Shown here: piece by piece, positions 1 through 8,004 of the stretch
How positions within the stretch are numbered: the stretch's first letter is position 1
Layout of the letters: every line of letters begins with the position of its first letter
DNA from: Elusimicrobiota bacterium
GTDB taxonomy: Bacteria; Elusimicrobiota; Elusimicrobia; UBA1565; UBA9628
Length of the DNA stretch: 64,000 nucleotides
Reading direction: 5' to 3'
Assembly (NCBI GenBank): GCA_027451985.1
Contig: DAIDHS010000001.1
Span: 97,932 to 161,931, forward strand
Made by a program: the position numbers and the translations under genes
The notes under the pieces: model-generated
What the model was told of the DNA's origin: nothing
The model's input: the letters and a program-made list of their open reading frames with translations, nothing else
The model's database searches: none

Positions 1-748
1 CGGTCGAGATGCCCAAGCCGCGCCTTTGGCCGCGCGTGTAGGATGCCAGCCCGCGGTGCCGGCCAAGGGTCCGTCCTTGCATGTTTTTGATGGGACCCGG
101 CGCCAAGGCCGCGGCCGACTCGCCGACTCGGCCGGCGATGAATTTTCGGTAATCGCGGCCTGGGACGAAGCAGATTTCCTGGCTTTCCGGCTTGTCTGCG
201 GTTTTAAGCTTAAGCTTGCGGGCCTTCGCGCGCACGGCGCTTTTGCTCATGTCCCCCAGCGGGAATCTGGTCTTGGCAAGGTCGTCTCCCTCCAAAGCGT
301 AGAGGAAGTAGCTCTGATCTTTCTCTCGGTCCTCCGCCATGAAAAGCCGTCCGCCTGATGTTTTGGCGTAGTGGCCGGTGGCCAGGCAATCGGCGCCCCA
401 GGCGCGAGCTAGGGCCATGAGATGCCCGAATTTGACGCTCTTGTTGCATTCGACGCAGGGGTTGGGCGTCCGCTGATTCAAGTATGCCTCGATGAACGGC
501 TTGATGACCTTGTCCTCGAAGAGGTCCGCCATGTTGAGCGTGTAGTGAGCCAGGCCCAGCGATTCGCAGACCCGCTTGGCGTCGTCGATGTCGGCCGGCG
601 AGCCGCAGCATCCGAAGCCCGAGGGGCTGCCCGGCATGATTTTCAGCGTGACGCCGACGGTGCGCCAACCCTCCTCGGCCATGAGGGCGGCGGCGACGGA
701 ACTGTCGACCCCTCCGCTCATGGCGACGAGCGCCGTCTTGGCGCTCAT
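1..748 (-). CDS. mnmA: tRNA-specific 2-thiouridylase MnmA; N-terminal ~249 aa present, 3' end of gene outside window
   Basis: This frame runs off the window edge and so is not in the ORF track. Minus-strand translation from the ATG at 748 reads MSAKTALVAMSGGVDSSVAAALMAEEGWRTVGVTLKIMPG...CVECNKSVKFGHLMALARAWGADCLATGHYAK. That is the PP-loop SGGxDSS motif plus the MnmA/TrmU core. The ATG overlaps the iscS stop (ATGA), and iscS-mnmA adjacency is a conserved pairing. Confidence 0.85.
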   Translation of the reverse strand, partial: MSAKTALVAMSGGVDSSVAAALMAEEGWRTVGVTLKIMPGSPSGFGCCGSPADIDDAKRVCESLGLAHYTLNMADLFEDKVIKPFIEAYLNQRTPNPCVECNKSVKFGHLMALARAWGADCLATGHYAKTSGGRLFMAEDREKDQSYFLYALEGDDLAKTRFPLGDMSKSAVRAKARKLKLKTADKPESQEICFVPGRDYRKFIAGRVGESAAALAPGPIKNMQGRTLGRHRGLASYTRGQRRGLGIST

Positions 749-1923
749 CGGGCAGCGGGAACTTGCCGAAGTTTTTCCACGGCGCCGGGCAGGGCCTCCG
801 CCAGCCGTCGGACATCTTCGTCGTTCGTGGCGTAACCGAAGGATATCCGCAAAGAGCCTTGCGCCAACTCCGGCTCCATTCCCATCGCGATGAGCACGTG
901 GGAGGGCTGCGGAGAGCCCGTGGAGCAGGCGGGTCCGCTTGAGACGCAAATGCCGGCCAAGTCAAGCGCGATGACCAGTGCGTGGCCGTCGACGCCAGGA
1001 AAACTCAGATGGAGGCAGGTCGAAAGCCTGTTGGCGGGGTGCCCGTTAAGGCGGCAGTCCGGTATTCGGGCGGCGGTTTCCGCGAGCAGCCTGCGAAAAG
1101 ACTCGTAGCGCTGCTGTTTTTTTGCGTCCCCTAAGTCTTTGAGCGCGAGTTCGCACGCGGCGCCCAGTCCAACGATGAAGGGCACGTTTTCGGTTCCGCC
1201 GCGGCGATTTTTTTCCTGGTGGCCCGCGATCAAGGGCGAAAGCCGGACACCTCGCTTTACATAGAGTGCTCCGATTCCCTTGGGCGCTCCGATTTTGTGT
1301 CCGGAAATGGACAGCAGATCGGCCCCCATTTTCTGCACGTCCAGGGGGATTTTCCCGGCGGATTGGACCGCATCGGTATGAAAAAGAATTTCCTTTTCGC
1401 GGCAGAGCGCGGCGATGCCCTCCACGGGCTCGATGGTTCCGACTTCATTGTTGGCATGCATGACGGAAACGACGGCGGTCTCCGGGGTGAGGAGGCCTTC
1501 AAACTGTTCGGGGGCCACATAACCGTATTCATCGGCTTTGGCGAGCGCGCGGTCAAAGCCGCGCATTTTGAGCTGGACCAAAGTCATGCGCACCGCGTCG
1601 TGCTCTATGGGCGTGGATACAACGCGCGGCTTGGTGCGTCCGTAACTCTCCTCCCATTTGGACCAGGCGGCTCCAGAAATGGCCAGGGTGTCCGATTCGG
1701 ACCCCGAGGAAGTGAAGACGATTTCCTGCGGGTCCTTCGCGTTTACAAGCGCCGCGACCTGCTCACGCGCCCGTTCCACGGCCTTGCGCGCCCGCTGGCC
1801 AAGGAAGTATGGGCTACCGGGATTGCCGTAGTGCTCGCGGAAATACGGAAGCATGGCGTCCAGAACTTCCGGACGAATCGGAGTCGTGGCGTTGTAATCG
1901 AGGTAGGTAGCGTCGCGCGTCAT
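745..1923 (-). CDS. iscS: cysteine desulfurase, class V aminotransferase (IscS/NifS type)
   Basis: 392 aa. Contains the PLP-lysine motif SGHKIGAPKGIGALYVKRG and the active-site Cys loop SSGPACSTGSPQPSHVLIAMG. N-terminus MTRDATYLDYNATTPIRPEVLDAM is typical of IscS. Confidence 0.9.
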   Translation of the reverse strand: MTRDATYLDYNATTPIRPEVLDAMLPYFREHYGNPGSPYFLGQRARKAVERAREQVAALVNAKDPQEIVFTSSGSESDTLAISGAAWSKWEESYGRTKPRVVSTPIEHDAVRMTLVQLKMRGFDRALAKADEYGYVAPEQFEGLLTPETAVVSVMHANNEVGTIEPVEGIAALCREKEILFHTDAVQSAGKIPLDVQKMGADLLSISGHKIGAPKGIGALYVKRGVRLSPLIAGHQEKNRRGGTENVPFIVGLGAACELALKDLGDAKKQQRYESFRRLLAETAARIPDCRLNGHPANRLSTCLHLSFPGVDGHALVIALDLAGICVSSGPACSTGSPQPSHVLIAMGMEPELAQGSLRISFGYATNDEDVRRLAEALPGAVEKLRQVPAAR

Positions 1924-2669
1924 GGACCGAAACCGAACCCTTTGAATAGATCCTGATCCCCGCTGTTGCTTTGGTTCTGCGTTGAAGCGGCGGGTTTCGC
2001 GGGCAGCGGGGGGGCGGAGCCGGGCAGTCCGCCCATTTTTGGAGGCAGGCCGCTTAAGGCCGGAGCCACGATGGTTTTTTGGATTCCCTGGACGTAGATG
2101 AGCTGCCCTTTCTTGTAGTCATAGTAGAGGTGGAACTGGGATTCCTTGACCTGCGGCTCATAGGCCTTCCCCAGATTCGTTTTTTCCTGCTGCCAACCGG
2201 GATTGAAGATCAAGCGCCCGCGCACATCCACGATGTCGTTAATGATAGGGAGCACGAAGCGGATGCGGTAGAAGCCGTTGGTGTCGCTGACGCCCGGATC
2301 GAAGGACGTGGTGGCGTTGTTTCCGCTGCCGCCGCCGATGGATTCCCCGAAAAGCTCGTCCTCCGGATTGGTAGTTTCACCGGAGGAGGCGACCGCGCGC
2401 ACGATGACTCCCTGGATGGGACTGCCGGAATAGTCGGTAATCTGTCCTTTAATGTAGCCGTCTAAAAACCTGGTTTTTTGGGGGATGGAGAAAAATAGGA
2501 AGTCGTTTTCGCCGGTGATTTGCTCGGTGATGGACAGGTCGGTGACGCTGCCGTCCGCGAAGTCCTGCACGACGATTTTCTGGTTGGCGGCTCCGCAGGC
2601 GGCCAGCGCGGACAGGCAGGCCAGCGCCGCCCAGAGGCGGACCGTTTTTCGCATGGGATATTTTACCAT
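1920..2669 (-). CDS. hypothetical lipoprotein; signal peptide with LAAC lipobox, possible true start at M6
   Basis: 249 aa. N-terminus MRKTVRLWAALACLSALAACGA has an n-h-c signal with lipobox. No recognisable catalytic motif. 4-nt overlap with iscS and 4-nt gap to motB imply co-transcription with the motor genes. Confidence 0.5.
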   Translation of the reverse strand: MVKYPMRKTVRLWAALACLSALAACGAANQKIVVQDFADGSVTDLSITEQITGENDFLFFSIPQKTRFLDGYIKGQITDYSGSPIQGVIVRAVASSGETTNPEDELFGESIGGGSGNNATTSFDPGVSDTNGFYRIRFVLPIINDIVDVRGRLIFNPGWQQEKTNLGKAYEPQVKESQFHLYYDYKKGQLIYVQGIQKTIVAPALSGLPPKMGGLPGSAPPLPAKPAASTQNQSNSGDQDLFKGFGFGP

Positions 2670-2672
2670 GGG

Positions 2673-3428
2673 CTAGGGGGAGGCCGCCTGGGGAAGTTGA
2701 GCTCCCGCAGGGGTTGCCGCCGGCGCGCCGGACTGGGCGGCGGGAGCCGAAGCTGGGGTCGCGGCCGTATTGGCCGCTTGCGGCGGAACGGGAGGAGGCA
2801 GCGGCGCCGCCTCTCCGCTCTTGACTAGAAAAACGACCCGCCGGTTCATGGCTTTGTGCGCGGGCGTGTCGTTGGGTACGACGGGGCGGTACTGGCCGTA
2901 TCCAATGGCGCCCATGTGCTGGGGAGGAAATCCATATTGGTCGACGAGCAGCCGCAGCACGCTGGTGGCGCGGGAAGTGGAGAGTTCCCAGTTGGAATCG
3001 TAATACTCGTTATGGATGGGCTGGTTGTCCGTATAGCCTTCTACGAGGATGTCGTGGTGGGCGGCCAAGCCCTTAAGCGTTGGGGCGATCTTGGCGAGCA
3101 GGGCCTGCATCTGGGCGGTTGTGTCCGCGGAGCCGCTCTTGAAGAACGCGACTTGGCCCTGCTCGTCCAGAGTGATTTTGAGGCCGTCCTTGTCAATGGA
3201 GACCGAGCCGTGCATCTTGTCCTGCTGCATCATCTTCTTAAGCTTTTGCGCCGCGCCGACGATGTTCTTGTTGAGGGCCGCCGACAGGGCGTAGAGAATG
3301 ATGAAGAAGCACACCAGCTCGGTCATGAGATCGGCGTAGTTGACGAGCCAAGGAGGCGCCGCGTGGCCGATCTGCGAGACGCGCGGGTCGGTCTCCTCGA
3401 TGAATCCGCGGGGGGCCTTGAGCGGCAT
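2673..3428 (-). CDS. motB: MotB-type stator protein with OmpA-like peptidoglycan-binding domain
   Basis: 251 aa. The N-terminal TM carries the conserved channel Asp (WLVNYADLMTELVCFFIILYAL). C-terminal OmpA-like region EGYTDNQPIHNEYYDSNWELSTSRATSVLRLL...NRRVVFLV, followed by a Pro/Ala-rich tail. Confidence 0.8.
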   Translation of the reverse strand: MPLKAPRGFIEETDPRVSQIGHAAPPWLVNYADLMTELVCFFIILYALSAALNKNIVGAAQKLKKMMQQDKMHGSVSIDKDGLKITLDEQGQVAFFKSGSADTTAQMQALLAKIAPTLKGLAAHHDILVEGYTDNQPIHNEYYDSNWELSTSRATSVLRLLVDQYGFPPQHMGAIGYGQYRPVVPNDTPAHKAMNRRVVFLVKSGEAAPLPPPVPPQAANTAATPASAPAAQSGAPAATPAGAQLPQAASP

Positions 3429-3441
3429 AGCGGAGCTCGCC

Positions 3442-4242
3442 TCAGGTCCCCGGAGCCGCCGGAGTCGTCGGGTTCTTGACCATTATTCTCTTCGAAGGCT
3501 CGAGGTAGGCCTTGAGGTTGGTTTCCACGACGGAGGGCGTCGCGCCGCTCTGCAGCAGAAGGACGCCGCGGATGATGATTTCCTTAATAAGCAGCTCTTC
3601 CTCCGAGCGCCGGCGCAGCTTGCCGCCCATGGGCAAGAAAATGAGGTAGCCCGCGCCCAAGCCGAAGAAGGCCGAGGCCAGGGCCAGGGCCATGCGCCGC
3701 GGCACAGCGGTGACGTCCGAGATGGTCGAGAGCATCATGATCATGCCGAGAACCGTGCCGATGATGCCGAAGGCCGGGGCGTAGATGCCCATGGCGTTGA
3801 AGATTTCCTGTCCGACTTTGTGGCGTTCGCGGATGAACCCCAGTTCGGTTTCCAGCATGTTGCTGATGAACTCCTGGTCCGCGCCGTCGACGACGAGTTG
3901 GATGCCGCGGCGCATGAAGTCGTTCGGAATGTTTTTAATGTCGGCCTGCAGGGACAAAAAGCCCTCTTTCTTGGCTTTTTGGGACAAGGTGACGAAGATG
4001 GTCACGATGTTGGAGGTGTCTTCGCCACTGGAGAAAAGAACCTTGCGCAGGATTTTCCCTAGCCCGACGACTTGTCCCAACGGATAGTTGACCAAGGTGG
4101 CGCAGAAAGTGCCGCCCATGACGACCAGAAGCGCCTCCATGTTGGCGAAGGGCCGAAATCCCGCCATGCCTTCGCTGTGATAGATTGTCGCGACGGCCAT
4201 CGCGAAGAACGCTAGAATTCCCATGATTGTGGCTATGTCCAT
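3442..4242 (-). CDS. motA: MotA-type stator/ion-channel protein (MotA/TolQ/ExbB family)
   Basis: 266 aa with two hydrophobic helices at the N-terminus and two near the C-terminus (GIIGTVLGMIMMLSTI ... ALASAFFGLGAGYLIFLP). Cytoplasmic loop between them. MotA topology and length. Confidence 0.8.
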   Translation of the reverse strand: MDIATIMGILAFFAMAVATIYHSEGMAGFRPFANMEALLVVMGGTFCATLVNYPLGQVVGLGKILRKVLFSSGEDTSNIVTIFVTLSQKAKKEGFLSLQADIKNIPNDFMRRGIQLVVDGADQEFISNMLETELGFIRERHKVGQEIFNAMGIYAPAFGIIGTVLGMIMMLSTISDVTAVPRRMALALASAFFGLGAGYLIFLPMGGKLRRRSEEELLIKEIIIRGVLLLQSGATPSVVETNLKAYLEPSKRIMVKNPTTPAAPGT

Positions 4243-4290
4243 AAGCGCGCTCTGCGGCCTCCTATTGGATTAAACTGGAATTTCGGGGAC

Positions 4291-4521
4291 TCACGGCGAT
4301 TTCCGCTCGAAGCCCTGAATGGGATTGACGACCTTGCCTTGCGCGTTGACCGCTTGCCTATATTCAAGCACTTTTTTCGTGATCTCCTCCGCGCTTTCGC
4401 GCACGAGGTAGCGGTTGCCGGTGGCCAGGCACACGACGGTTTCCTGGCCTATTTCCAGCGCCTCGATGATTTCCGCGTTGATGACCACGGCGGTCCCGTT
4501 GAGCTTGTGCAGCGTGATCAT
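4291..4521 (-). CDS. flbD: flagellar FlbD-like protein; likely true start is M11 of the track ORF
   Basis: The track ORF is 4291..4551. The internal start MITLHKLNGTAVVINAEIIEALEIGQETVVCLATGNRYLVRESAEEITKKV matches the FlbD consensus MIxLTxLNG...FxLNAELIE. Its ATG (4521..4519) overlaps the TGA of the upstream coiled-coil gene. Confidence 0.65.
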   Translation of the reverse strand: MITLHKLNGTAVVINAEIIEALEIGQETVVCLATGNRYLVRESAEEITKKVLEYRQAVNAQGKVVNPIQGFERKSP

Positions 4522-5948
4522 GAAGCGGGGGGATCGGAGGATTGGCGGCATTCCTCAAGTTTGCGGGCCAAGTCCTGGTTTTCCTTGAGCCGGAAAGCGG
4601 CGACATGGCTTTCCTTCGCGAGCTCGCCCCGGAGGGTCTCCAGGGTGATTTCGAGGTTCTTGATTTGGGCCGCTTGAGCGGAGCAGACGCGCTCAAGGCT
4701 CTCTGTTTTTACAGCGAGCTCGTCTTTTTCTCTTTCTGCGCCCGCCAGTCGGCGCTCGAAATCCCTGGCCAGGACCTGTGCAGCATCCAGGGATTCCTGG
4801 CGGGACTTAAGGGCTTTTTGCAGGGTCATTCTTTGCTGTCCAAGCCCGCGCAATGCTTCACGTTCGTGTTCGGCGAGGCGGGAGACATTCTCCAATTTTG
4901 TCTTCAGCGATTGCAACTCCGCCGTTTTCTTGGCCAGATGGGACTTGAGCATCGCCGTCTGGCGCTCCAGAGCCGCGCACACGCCTTTGAATTTCTGCAC
5001 CGCAGCGTAATACTGCTCGGCCGTTTCCCGATATTTGGACACTTCGGCGAGAGCCTCGGCTTTGACGCGCCGGTTCTCGTTCTCGTACTCTTGGCGCGCC
5101 CGGGAGAACTCGCGCTCTAGGCGCTGCTTCAAATCATCCACTTGTGCTTTGGCGGCGGCAAGCTCGAAGCGCATGACCGCCGCTTCCTTATCCTTTTCGG
5201 CCAGGGCCTGCGCTGTCCCTTGCGACTTGGACTGCTCTTCGCGCATGTCCGATAGCCGGCTTTCCAGCCATTTTTTCTCCGCTAGGGCCCGGGAAAGCTC
5301 GGCATCGGCGCCCTTGAGCTTCTCACACAGGGAGCGCAGATTCCTGTTTTCCTCATCTTTGGCCAGCACGACTTTCTGCCACTGGGCCTTTTCCTCCAGG
5401 TTGCGGCGCTCCATTTCCTGAAGACGGGACGCGAAATGGGCTTCGAATTCCTTTTCCTGGAATTCCTTGGACTGCATCTGGTTCTTAAGCGTGGCGACCC
5501 AGGTCTCCCGCTCCTGAGCCATCCTTTTTTCCATTTCCTGAATTTTCGCCTCGAGCTTCAACCGGACTTCCTCTTGCTCCTGGGTCCGGCGCTCCCGGCG
5601 CATGCGCTCCTGCAGATCCTGAAGCGAGGCTTCGACCTTGGCCGCGGTCGCGGATTCCTGCTCGTTTTTTAGGCTGGCGCGGAGAACCTTTTCGCGCTCC
5701 TCCTGGAGGCGCTTCTCGAGTTCGGCGACTTTCTTCTCGTAGTCGTCGCCGTCGCTTCTCGGGGATTGGAGGGCGGCTCCGGCGGGCGCGAAAGTCGCGG
5801 GCGCGGGAGGAGCCCCGAACGAGGGCAGGGGCGGCGGTCCGGAGCGACCCGGATTGGGCGGGAACCCTCCGGGCAGGGGCGGCGCCTGGCGGCCTCCCGG
5901 CAAGGGGGGGGGAATCGGCGGCTTCTTGGAAAACAAATCGTCGGCCAT
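4518..5948 (-). CDS. hypothetical coiled-coil protein with N-terminal polyproline (PPLPGG) repeats
   Basis: 476 aa. N-terminus MADDLFSKKPPIPPPLPGGRQAPPLPGGFPPNPGRSGPPPLPSFGAPPAPA. The remaining ~400 aa are charged heptad-rich sequence (E/K/R/Q/L). AGGAG RBS 8 nt upstream of the ATG. Confidence 0.6.
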   Translation of the reverse strand: MADDLFSKKPPIPPPLPGGRQAPPLPGGFPPNPGRSGPPPLPSFGAPPAPATFAPAGAALQSPRSDGDDYEKKVAELEKRLQEEREKVLRASLKNEQESATAAKVEASLQDLQERMRRERRTQEQEEVRLKLEAKIQEMEKRMAQERETWVATLKNQMQSKEFQEKEFEAHFASRLQEMERRNLEEKAQWQKVVLAKDEENRNLRSLCEKLKGADAELSRALAEKKWLESRLSDMREEQSKSQGTAQALAEKDKEAAVMRFELAAAKAQVDDLKQRLEREFSRARQEYENENRRVKAEALAEVSKYRETAEQYYAAVQKFKGVCAALERQTAMLKSHLAKKTAELQSLKTKLENVSRLAEHEREALRGLGQQRMTLQKALKSRQESLDAAQVLARDFERRLAGAEREKDELAVKTESLERVCSAQAAQIKNLEITLETLRGELAKESHVAAFRLKENQDLARKLEECRQSSDPPAS

Positions 5949-5959
5949 GGAACTTTCTC

Positions 5960-7957
5960 CTATCCTTTAATTTGCGCCTTGAAGCTTTCCACCCACTGCT
6001 GGATTTGCGGATCGGGGTGGGCTTCCAGCATTTTTTCATACTGGGCCAAGGCTTCGGGCGTGCGGCCCAACTGGTATAAAGCTGAGCCGAGGTATTGGCG
6101 GGCTTGCCATAGGTTTGGATCCAGACTTATGGCGTACTCCAAGTAAGGGATGCTTTGGTCGAATTGACCGGCATCATGAAAGGAGACGCCGGCGCTCAGG
6201 TAGTTTTGCGCCTGCGCCGGATCGGCGGGAGGCTGCGCCTCGCTTCCACCCGGCAAAGCTGCGGGCTCGTTTTTGTGCTTGGCGGCGGCAAAGCGCTGTT
6301 GGCGCTTGTTCTGGGCCGAGAGCTCCTCCTGCATGCCTTCGACGAGGTCGTAGCCGCCTGCCTCCTTGTTTCGAACGGCGATTTTGCCCTCTTTTTCAAG
6401 AACCTTGACCGTGTCGATGATTTTCGCCCGCTCTTCCTCGATTTGCGCGGGGGTGATGTTCTGCGAGTACTCCATCGATTCCTTGAGCAGCGCTGCAGCG
6501 CCCGCCGACATGTTGTTAAAGAACTTGTTGAGGACTTCGGGCGGGGCGTTTTGCAAGGCCTTGGCCATGCCCTCGGGCTTGAGCTCGCGGATGATGAGCT
6601 GCATCTCCCGATCGGGGAAATTGGCGGTGTCCTCGAAGACCAGGAGGTGCTTGCGGACATGCTCGTAGACCATGGGTTTTTCATTCTTGAGGTAGTTGAG
6701 AATGTTGTTGCGGGTCGCGGTGTCCGCCTCATCGATCATGGTGATGAGGCGCTCCAAACCGCCCACGACGAAGTCCACGTTCTCCTTCACGTCCGCGTCG
6801 ATGGCGACCACCTGCTCGCGGGTGACTTGGCGGACCGTCAGGGCCTCCATGGCGACGCGGGCCTGGAATTCGACGGGCAAGGACGTCAAAAGCTGGCGCG
6901 CGTAGTCCGGGCGCAGATAGCTGGCCACGACCGCCACTACCCAGGGCTCCTCTTTGCGCAGGAGGAACATGTAGGCCAGGCGCTTGATGTTCTCCTCATT
7001 GATATAAGCGAAAGGCTCGAATTTTTTCATGGACTCATCCTCCTCGGGCGGCGGGGGCGGGGGCTCCGGCGGCTTTCTTTGGAGGGTGATGTCCAGCTTG
7101 CCCTCCTCGGTCAGTTCGTCGTCGCCTTCGCCTTCGTCTTCGTCCGGCTGCTCGATCTTCGATTCGACGTTCACCTCGGCGGCCGGGCGCTCGCGCATCG
7201 CGCGGATGTACTGGCTCATGAAGCGCCAGAGCGGGCCGAAGAGGAACATCAGGAAAAGCAGAATGAGAATGGCGTAGAGAAGCGGCAGGTAAACCCACGG
7301 GTGCTTCAAGTCTTCGCGCCAATCCGTTTTGGCGTGATTGAAAGGCGTGGGCTGGAAAAAAACCTGATTGGGGGCAAGGTTGTACTGGGACATGGCGTCG
7401 ACGATGCGGCTGCGCACCAAATCCTGCTGGGCTTTGTCCTTGAGCACGCTCTGATCGTGGATGACCGTCACGGACATGCGTTTGAAGACCAGGTTCTCGG
7501 AGAAGTCTTCCTGTTGCATCCCTTTTTGCTCCTGGGCCTGCTGGGCGCTGGCTGCCGAAGGAGCCTGCGGAATTTGGGAAATGGTCTCGGGCTGGGGGAT
7601 GCCGGGGAGGACGAACTGGGTCTTGGTCTGCCCGGTTTTTTGCCCGCTGTTTTTTTCCTTGTATTTCTCGGCCAAGCCCATGCCTTTGCGGTTGGTTTCC
7701 TCGTTTTGGACTTTCAGCTGCATGCCCACGTCCACGAAGGCCATGGCCTCGCCCTTGCCGAGAATGGGGTCGAGAATTTCCTGATCGATTTTCTTTTCCG
7801 AGTCCTGTTTGATTCGATTTTGCTCCATCAGAAGGCCCAAATCGGGCGCTTGAATGACTGCGCCAGCGCGCGAAATGGCGGCGAGGACGGCCGCGCAAAG
7901 TAAAAACGCGGCGGCCCAGGCGCGTTGTCGTGGCTTCTGATGCGATTTTGGTGTCAT
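5960..7957 (-). CDS. chimeric membrane protein: FliF/SctJ-type ring-building motif + TM + FliG-like rotor domain + C-terminal TPR
   Basis: 665 aa. Residues ~150-235, KRMSVTVIHDQSVLKDKAQQDLVRSRIVDAMSQYNLAPNQVFFQ, resemble the FliF RBM (xSVTVxL...QxxAVxxLVxxAVxGL...V). A TM segment follows (PLLYAILILLFLMFLFGPLW), then an acidic/Pro-rich linker (PPEPPPPPPEEDE). Residues ~320-530, EENIKRLAYMFLLRKEEPWVVAVVASYLRPDYARQLLTSLPVEFQARV...GGLERLITMIDEADTATRNNILNYL...FNNMSAGAAALLKESMEYSQNITPAQIEEERAKIIDTVKVLEKEGKI, match FliG middle and C-terminal (ARM) domains. Residues 545-665 are TPR-like. Confidence 0.6.
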   Translation of the reverse strand: MTPKSHQKPRQRAWAAAFLLCAAVLAAISRAGAVIQAPDLGLLMEQNRIKQDSEKKIDQEILDPILGKGEAMAFVDVGMQLKVQNEETNRKGMGLAEKYKEKNSGQKTGQTKTQFVLPGIPQPETISQIPQAPSAASAQQAQEQKGMQQEDFSENLVFKRMSVTVIHDQSVLKDKAQQDLVRSRIVDAMSQYNLAPNQVFFQPTPFNHAKTDWREDLKHPWVYLPLLYAILILLFLMFLFGPLWRFMSQYIRAMRERPAAEVNVESKIEQPDEDEGEGDDELTEEGKLDITLQRKPPEPPPPPPEEDESMKKFEPFAYINEENIKRLAYMFLLRKEEPWVVAVVASYLRPDYARQLLTSLPVEFQARVAMEALTVRQVTREQVVAIDADVKENVDFVVGGLERLITMIDEADTATRNNILNYLKNEKPMVYEHVRKHLLVFEDTANFPDREMQLIIRELKPEGMAKALQNAPPEVLNKFFNNMSAGAAALLKESMEYSQNITPAQIEEERAKIIDTVKVLEKEGKIAVRNKEAGGYDLVEGMQEELSAQNKRQQRFAAAKHKNEPAALPGGSEAQPPADPAQAQNYLSAGVSFHDAGQFDQSIPYLEYAISLDPNLWQARQYLGSALYQLGRTPEALAQYEKMLEAHPDPQIQQWVESFKAQIKG

Positions 7958-8004
7958 GAACGTTTCGTGGGAATGTTAAAGGGAATTCATTACATTTTCA
8001 AGTC

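Noticed and set aside
210-965. Track ORFs 210..965(-), 26..358(+), 422..835(+) and 576..893(+) overlapping the mnmA region
   Set aside because: The real gene occupies a different minus-strand frame, with clear MnmA motifs running off the window edge. These ORFs are R/G/A-rich high-GC frame artefacts with no motifs.
6155-7903. 582-aa plus-strand ORF antisense to the RBM-FliG-TPR gene
   Set aside because: The composition (R/G/L/V/D-rich, no hydrophobic pattern) is typical of antisense frames in high-GC DNA. The sense strand carries recognisable FliG-like motifs.
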